A DNA stretch of 64,000 nucleotides from Actinomycetota bacterium (lineage in GTDB: Bacteria; Actinomycetota; Actinomycetes; Actinomycetales; Microbacteriaceae), in assembly GCA_041176265.1 (NCBI GenBank), contig JBEDDI010000006.1, positions 1,026 to 65,025 on the forward strand, written 5' to 3'. A model generated the notes under the pieces. The model saw nothing but the letters and a program-made list of their open reading frames with translations, was not told the origin of the DNA and searched no databases. Below, piece after piece: positions 60,557 to 64,000 of the stretch. Made by a program: the position numbers and the translations under genes. Positions within the stretch are counted from its first letter, which is position 1, and the number at the start of each line of letters is the position of its first letter.

Positions 60557-60629
60557 TGGGCCCTACCGGGCTCGAACCGATGACATCCACGGTGTAAGCG
60601 TGGCGCTCTACCAACTGAGCTAAAGGCCC
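60557..60629 (-). tRNA. tRNA-Val (anticodon TAC)
   Basis: The reverse complement reads GGGCCTTTAGCTCAGTTGGTAGAGCGCCACGCTTACACCGTGGATGTCATCGGTTCGAGCCCGGTAGGGCCCA. Anticodon loop CTTACAC. CCA is not encoded. Confidence 0.92.
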
Positions 60630-60638
60630 CCGCGAAAA

Positions 60639-60667
60639 AGAATACAGAATCCCTCTTGCGCTTACAA
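60639..60667 (-). promoter_or_regulatory. Putative SigA-type promoter of tRNA-Val(TAC)
   Basis: Minus strand: TTGTAA (60662-60667), a 17-nt spacer, then TATTCT (60639-60644), 9 nt upstream of the tRNA 5' end. Same TTGnAA-17-TATnnT layout as the other tRNA promoter. Confidence 0.4.
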
Positions 60668-60697
60668 ATCGGCCCAGGCGGACCGCCCGCTGGAAAC

Positions 60698-61156
60698 CTA
60701 GATGAGTTCGAGGGCCTTCTGGTAGTCGGCCAGGCTGCGAGGCTGCCCCGGAGCGGTTACGAACTTGGCGACTAGCTTGCCGTCCTTGTCGATCACGAAA
60801 GTTCCTCGGTTTGCAAAGCCGTTCTCTTCGAGGAACACACCGAACTGCTTCGCAACACCACCGTGTGGCCAGAAATCACTGAGCACGCTGAACGTGTAAC
60901 CCTCCTGCTCGGCGAACTTCTTCTGAGTGAACTTCGAGTCGACCGAGATTGCGAGCAGCTCAACCTTCTCGTTCTGGAACTGGGCGATATTGTCGCGCAG
61001 CTCGCACAGCTCGCCGGTGCAGATACCGGTGAACGAAAGCGGATAAAAAACGACCACTACCGCCTTCTTGCCACGGAAGTCGCTCAGGCGTACCGGCTCG
61101 CCGTTCTGGTTAGGAAGTTCGAAGTCTGGTACTTCATCGCCGATGATTAGTGACAA
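60698..61156 (-). CDS. ahpE: Peroxiredoxin (AhpE-like 1-Cys Prx)
   Basis: 152 aa. [14 protein letters not shown] (PxxxTxxC peroxidatic Cys). Divergent from aceE, as in mycobacteria. Confidence 0.85.
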   Translation of the reverse strand: MSLIIGDEVPDFELPNQNGEPVRLSDFRGKKAVVVVFYPLSFTGICTGELCELRDNIAQFQNEKVELLAISVDSKFTQKKFAEQEGYTFSVLSDFWPHGGVAKQFGVFLEENGFANRGTFVIDKDGKLVAKFVTAPGQPRSLADYQKALELI

Positions 61157-61305
61157 TTTGGCTCCTTAGTTGTGCCCAACAGGGCTGGAAGATTCGAGAA
61201 CACAAACCTACCGAACGGCTAAATGCTTCCGCTTGTTCGCCTAAAGTATTAGGAGACTTCACCCACGAGTCCCCCAGATTTCGCTCCCCCACGAAAGGGA
61301 TACCG

Positions 61306-64000
61306 GTGTCAATCAATAACAACGATGCCTACGCAGTCAGCAACCTAGACCAGGATCCACAGGAAACCTCGGAATGGCTTGAATCGCTCGATGCTGTCGC
61401 ACGAGTTCAAGGACGCGGTCGCGCACGCGAAATCATGCTCAACCTGCTGCGTCGCTCGCACGAGCTGCAGCTGAACGTTCCAATCGTTCCTACCACCGAC
61501 TACCTGAACACCATCGCTCCCGAGAACGAGCCAGAGTTCCCTGGTGACGAGGCCATCGAGCGCAAGTACCGCGCCTGGATGCGCTGGAACGCAGCGATGC
61601 TCGTGCACCGAGCACAGCGTCCTGGCGTCGGCGTCGGCGGTCACATCTCGACCTTCGCATCGTCAGCATCGCTCTACGAGGTTGGTTTCAACCACTTCTT
61701 CAAGGGTCAGGACCACGCTTCCGGCGGCGACCAGATCTTCATTCAGGGCCACGCTTCACCTGGCCCGTACGCTCGCGCATTCCTCGAGGGTCGCCTATCT
61801 GCCGAACAGCTCGACGGCTTCCGCCAGGAGAAGTCGCACGCGGGTGGCGGTCTCAGCTCATACCCTCACCCGCGGTTGATGCCGGACTTCTGGCAGTTCC
61901 CCACCGTTTCGATGGGCCTCGGTCCGATCAACGCGATCTACCAGGCGCAGTTCAACCGCTACCTGGCGGGTCGTGGCATGAAGGACACCGCAGACCAGCA
62001 CGTCTGGGCATTCCTCGGTGACGGCGAGCTCGACGAGGTCGAGTCGCGCGGTGCTCTGCAGCTGGCTGCCAACGACAAGCTCGACAACCTAACCTTCGTG
62101 GTCAACTGCAACCTGCAGCGTCTCGACGGCCCGGTTCGCGGCAACGGCAAGATCATTCAGGAACTCGAGAGCTTCTTCCGTGGTGCCGGCTGGAACGTGA
62201 TCAAGGTGGTCTGGGGTCGTGAGTGGGACAGCTTGCTGTCGCGCGACACCGACGGTGCTCTGGTCGACCTGATGAACAAGACTCCGGACGGCGACTTCCA
62301 GACCTACAAGACCGAGGACGGCGCGTTCGTGCGCGAGAATTTCTTCGGTCGCGACCCACGCACCCTGGAGCTCGTCAAGGACATGAGCGACGACCAGATC
62401 TGGGGACTCAAGCGCGGTGGCCACGACTACAACAAGATCTATGCCGCCTACAAGGCAGCGACCGAGCACAAGGGTCAGCCAACCGTAATCCTCGCGAAGA
62501 CCATCAAGGGCTTCACCCTCGGCAAGTCATTCGAGGGCCGCAACGCTACCCACCAGATGAAGAAGATGACGCTGGACGACCTCAAGGGTTTCCGCGACGA
62601 ACTTCGCATTCCGATCACCGACGCGCAGCTCGAGGAAAACCCTTACCAGCCGCCATACTTCCACCCTGGCCAGGACGCCCCTGAGATCGAATACATGCAC
62701 GAGCGTCGTCGCGAACTGGGTGGTTACCTGCCTGAGCGTCGAAGCAAGTACGTTTCGTTCGACCTGCCTGGCGATGACGTCTACAAGGTCGCAAAGGGTG
62801 GCTCGGGTAACCAGCCGGTAGCCACGACCATGGCCTTCGTTCGCCTGCTCAAGGACCTGCTGCGCTCCCATGGCCTGGGCGAGCGAATCGCTCCGATCAT
62901 CCCGGATGAGGCACGTACCTTCGGTATGGACGCGTTCTTCCCTACCGCGAAGATCTACAACCCGAACGGCCAGCACTACATCTCGGTTGACCGCGAGCTG
63001 CTGCTCTCTTACAAGGAGAGCGCCGCGGGTCAGATTCTGCACACCGGCATCAACGAGGCCGGCTCGATGGCTGCGTTCACCGCCGCGGGCACCTCGTACG
63101 CGACTCAGGGTCAACCGATTGTTCCGATCTACGTGTTCTATTCGATGTTTGGTTTCCAGCGCACCGCCGACTCGGTCTGGGCCGCGACCGACCAGATGGC
63201 TCGTGGCTTCATGATCGGTGCAACTGCCGGCCGCACTACCCTCACCGGTGAAGGTCTGCAGCACGCCGATGGCCACAGCCCGCTTATCGCGTCGACCAAC
63301 ACCGGTGTCATTTCGTACGACCCGGCATACGGTTACGAGATCGGGCACATCATGAAGGATGGCCTAGCTCGCATGTACGGCGGTCAGCACGAGGATCCGA
63401 ACGTGGTCTACTACATCACCGTCTACAACGAGCCATACCTGCAGCCTGCAGAGCCGGCCGATGTCGACGTCGACGGCATCCTTCGTGGAATCCACCGCAT
63501 CAGCAAGAACGAGAATGCCGGTCGTAAGGCCCAGATCCTCGCTTCGGGCGTTGCCGTTCCTTGGGCACACGAGGCTCAGCGACTGCTGCAGGACGACTGG
63601 GGCGTATCGGCCGACATCTGGTCAGTCACCTCGTGGACCGAGCTGCGTCGCGATGGCCTCGCCAAGGACCAGCAGAAGTTCCTGAACCCTGGTCAGGCTG
63701 TCGAGCCTGCCTATGTCTCAAAGAAGCTCTCCGGCTCGGAGGGACCATTCCTGGGCGTCAGCGACTACATGCACGCCGTTCAGGACATGATTCGTCCTTG
63801 GGTTCCAGGCGACTACGCGACCCTGGGCGCGGATGGCTTCGGCTTCTCGGATACCCGTGCGGCTGCTCGTCGATTCTTCAAGATTGACGGACCATCGATC
63901 GCGGTTCGCGTTCTAGAGCAGCTCGTCGAACGTGGCGAGATGGACCCTTCGGTTCCTCAGCAGGCCATTGACCGCTACCGCTTGCACGACGTAACCGCTG
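61306..64000 (+). CDS. aceE: Pyruvate dehydrogenase E1 component (homodimeric type), 3' end beyond the window
   Basis: Not in the ORF track because there is no stop in the window. GTG at 61306 (GAAAGGGA 6 nt upstream) opens a frame reading [31 protein letters not shown]...[31 protein letters not shown], which stays open to 64000 (about 898 codons). Confidence 0.93.
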   Translation, partial: MSINNNDAYAVSNLDQDPQETSEWLESLDAVARVQGRGRAREIMLNLLRRSHELQLNVPIVPTTDYLNTIAPENEPEFPGDEAIERKYRAWMRWNAAMLVHRAQRPGVGVGGHISTFASSASLYEVGFNHFFKGQDHASGGDQIFIQGHASPGPYARAFLEGRLSAEQLDGFRQEKSHAGGGLSSYPHPRLMPDFWQFPTVSMGLGPINAIYQAQFNRYLAGRGMKDTADQHVWAFLGDGELDEVESRGALQLAANDKLDNLTFVVNCNLQRLDGPVRGNGKIIQELESFFRGAGWNVIKVVWGREWDSLLSRDTDGALVDLMNKTPDGDFQTYKTEDGAFVRENFFGRDPRTLELVKDMSDDQIWGLKRGGHDYNKIYAAYKAATEHKGQPTVILAKTIKGFTLGKSFEGRNATHQMKKMTLDDLKGFRDELRIPITDAQLEENPYQPPYFHPGQDAPEIEYMHERRRELGGYLPERRSKYVSFDLPGDDVYKVAKGGSGNQPVATTMAFVRLLKDLLRSHGLGERIAPIIPDEARTFGMDAFFPTAKIYNPNGQHYISVDRELLLSYKESAAGQILHTGINEAGSMAAFTAAGTSYATQGQPIVPIYVFYSMFGFQRTADSVWAATDQMARGFMIGATAGRTTLTGEGLQHADGHSPLIASTNTGVISYDPAYGYEIGHIMKDGLARMYGGQHEDPNVVYYITVYNEPYLQPAEPADVDVDGILRGIHRISKNENAGRKAQILASGVAVPWAHEAQRLLQDDWGVSADIWSVTSWTELRRDGLAKDQQKFLNPGQAVEPAYVSKKLSGSEGPFLGVSDYMHAVQDMIRPWVPGDYATLGADGFGFSDTRAAARRFFKIDGPSIAVRVLEQLVERGEMDPSVPQQAIDRYRLHDVTA

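Noticed and set aside
60494-60697. tRNA-Val(TAC) and the Gly-Cys-Val cluster (6708-6993) as possible integration sites for mobile elements
   Set aside because: There is no integrase or recombinase, no duplicated tRNA 3' segment (attL/attR), and no compositional island next to either locus. The flanks are conserved housekeeping genes.
62527-63348. 273-aa minus-strand ORF, and others at 62089-62469 and 63364-63570, inside aceE
   Set aside because: They are antisense to the continuous aceE reading frame, which carries unmistakable E1 motifs from 61306 to the window end.

Overview
This window is a core-chromosome segment of a moderately high-GC actinobacterium. Gene content looks Micrococcales-like, but the taxon cannot be fixed from sequence alone. 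I can support about 58 protein genes, 4 tRNAs and an RNase P RNA, plus a few terminators and promoters. Nearly everything is housekeeping:
- PLP synthase (pdxST) and thrS
- A tandem amt pair
- rhodanese-SufE, rnd, dxs and acn
- The dut/SepH neighbourhood of conserved actinobacterial DUFs
- Topoisomerase IV (parC/parE)
- sigA followed by a murT/gatD-like pair
- pepA-lpd-sucB-lipB-lipA
- The nitrogen block glnA-glnE-glnA2-nadE
- panB, map and ppgK
- rnpB next to the RNase HI/CobC-zinc ribbon-Nif3 operon
- ahpE and aceE

The right half is broadly syntenic with the M. tuberculosis pepB...aceE region (Rv2213-Rv2241).

I found no mobile elements, CRISPR, prophage, integrase, toxin-antitoxin or recognisable defence genes, and no convincing novel multi-gene system.

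The observations most worth a second look are:
1. The MurT/GatD-like pair. The GatD partner has no cysteine at all, so no canonical glutaminase nucleophile, and MurT has no Cys4 ribbon. The pair sits 8 nt behind sigA.
2. The tandem ammonium transporters. One carries Glu instead of the first twin-His residue, and no glnK/glnD follows.
3. GlnR-box-like motifs upstream of amt and glnA.
4. An orphan membrane ORF between sucB and lipB.
5. A permease with a unique N-terminal extension, translationally coupled to nif3.
6. Four convergent gene pairs that share a palindromic CTAG as both stop codons.

All functional calls rest on reading the translations for family motifs. No database search was run.
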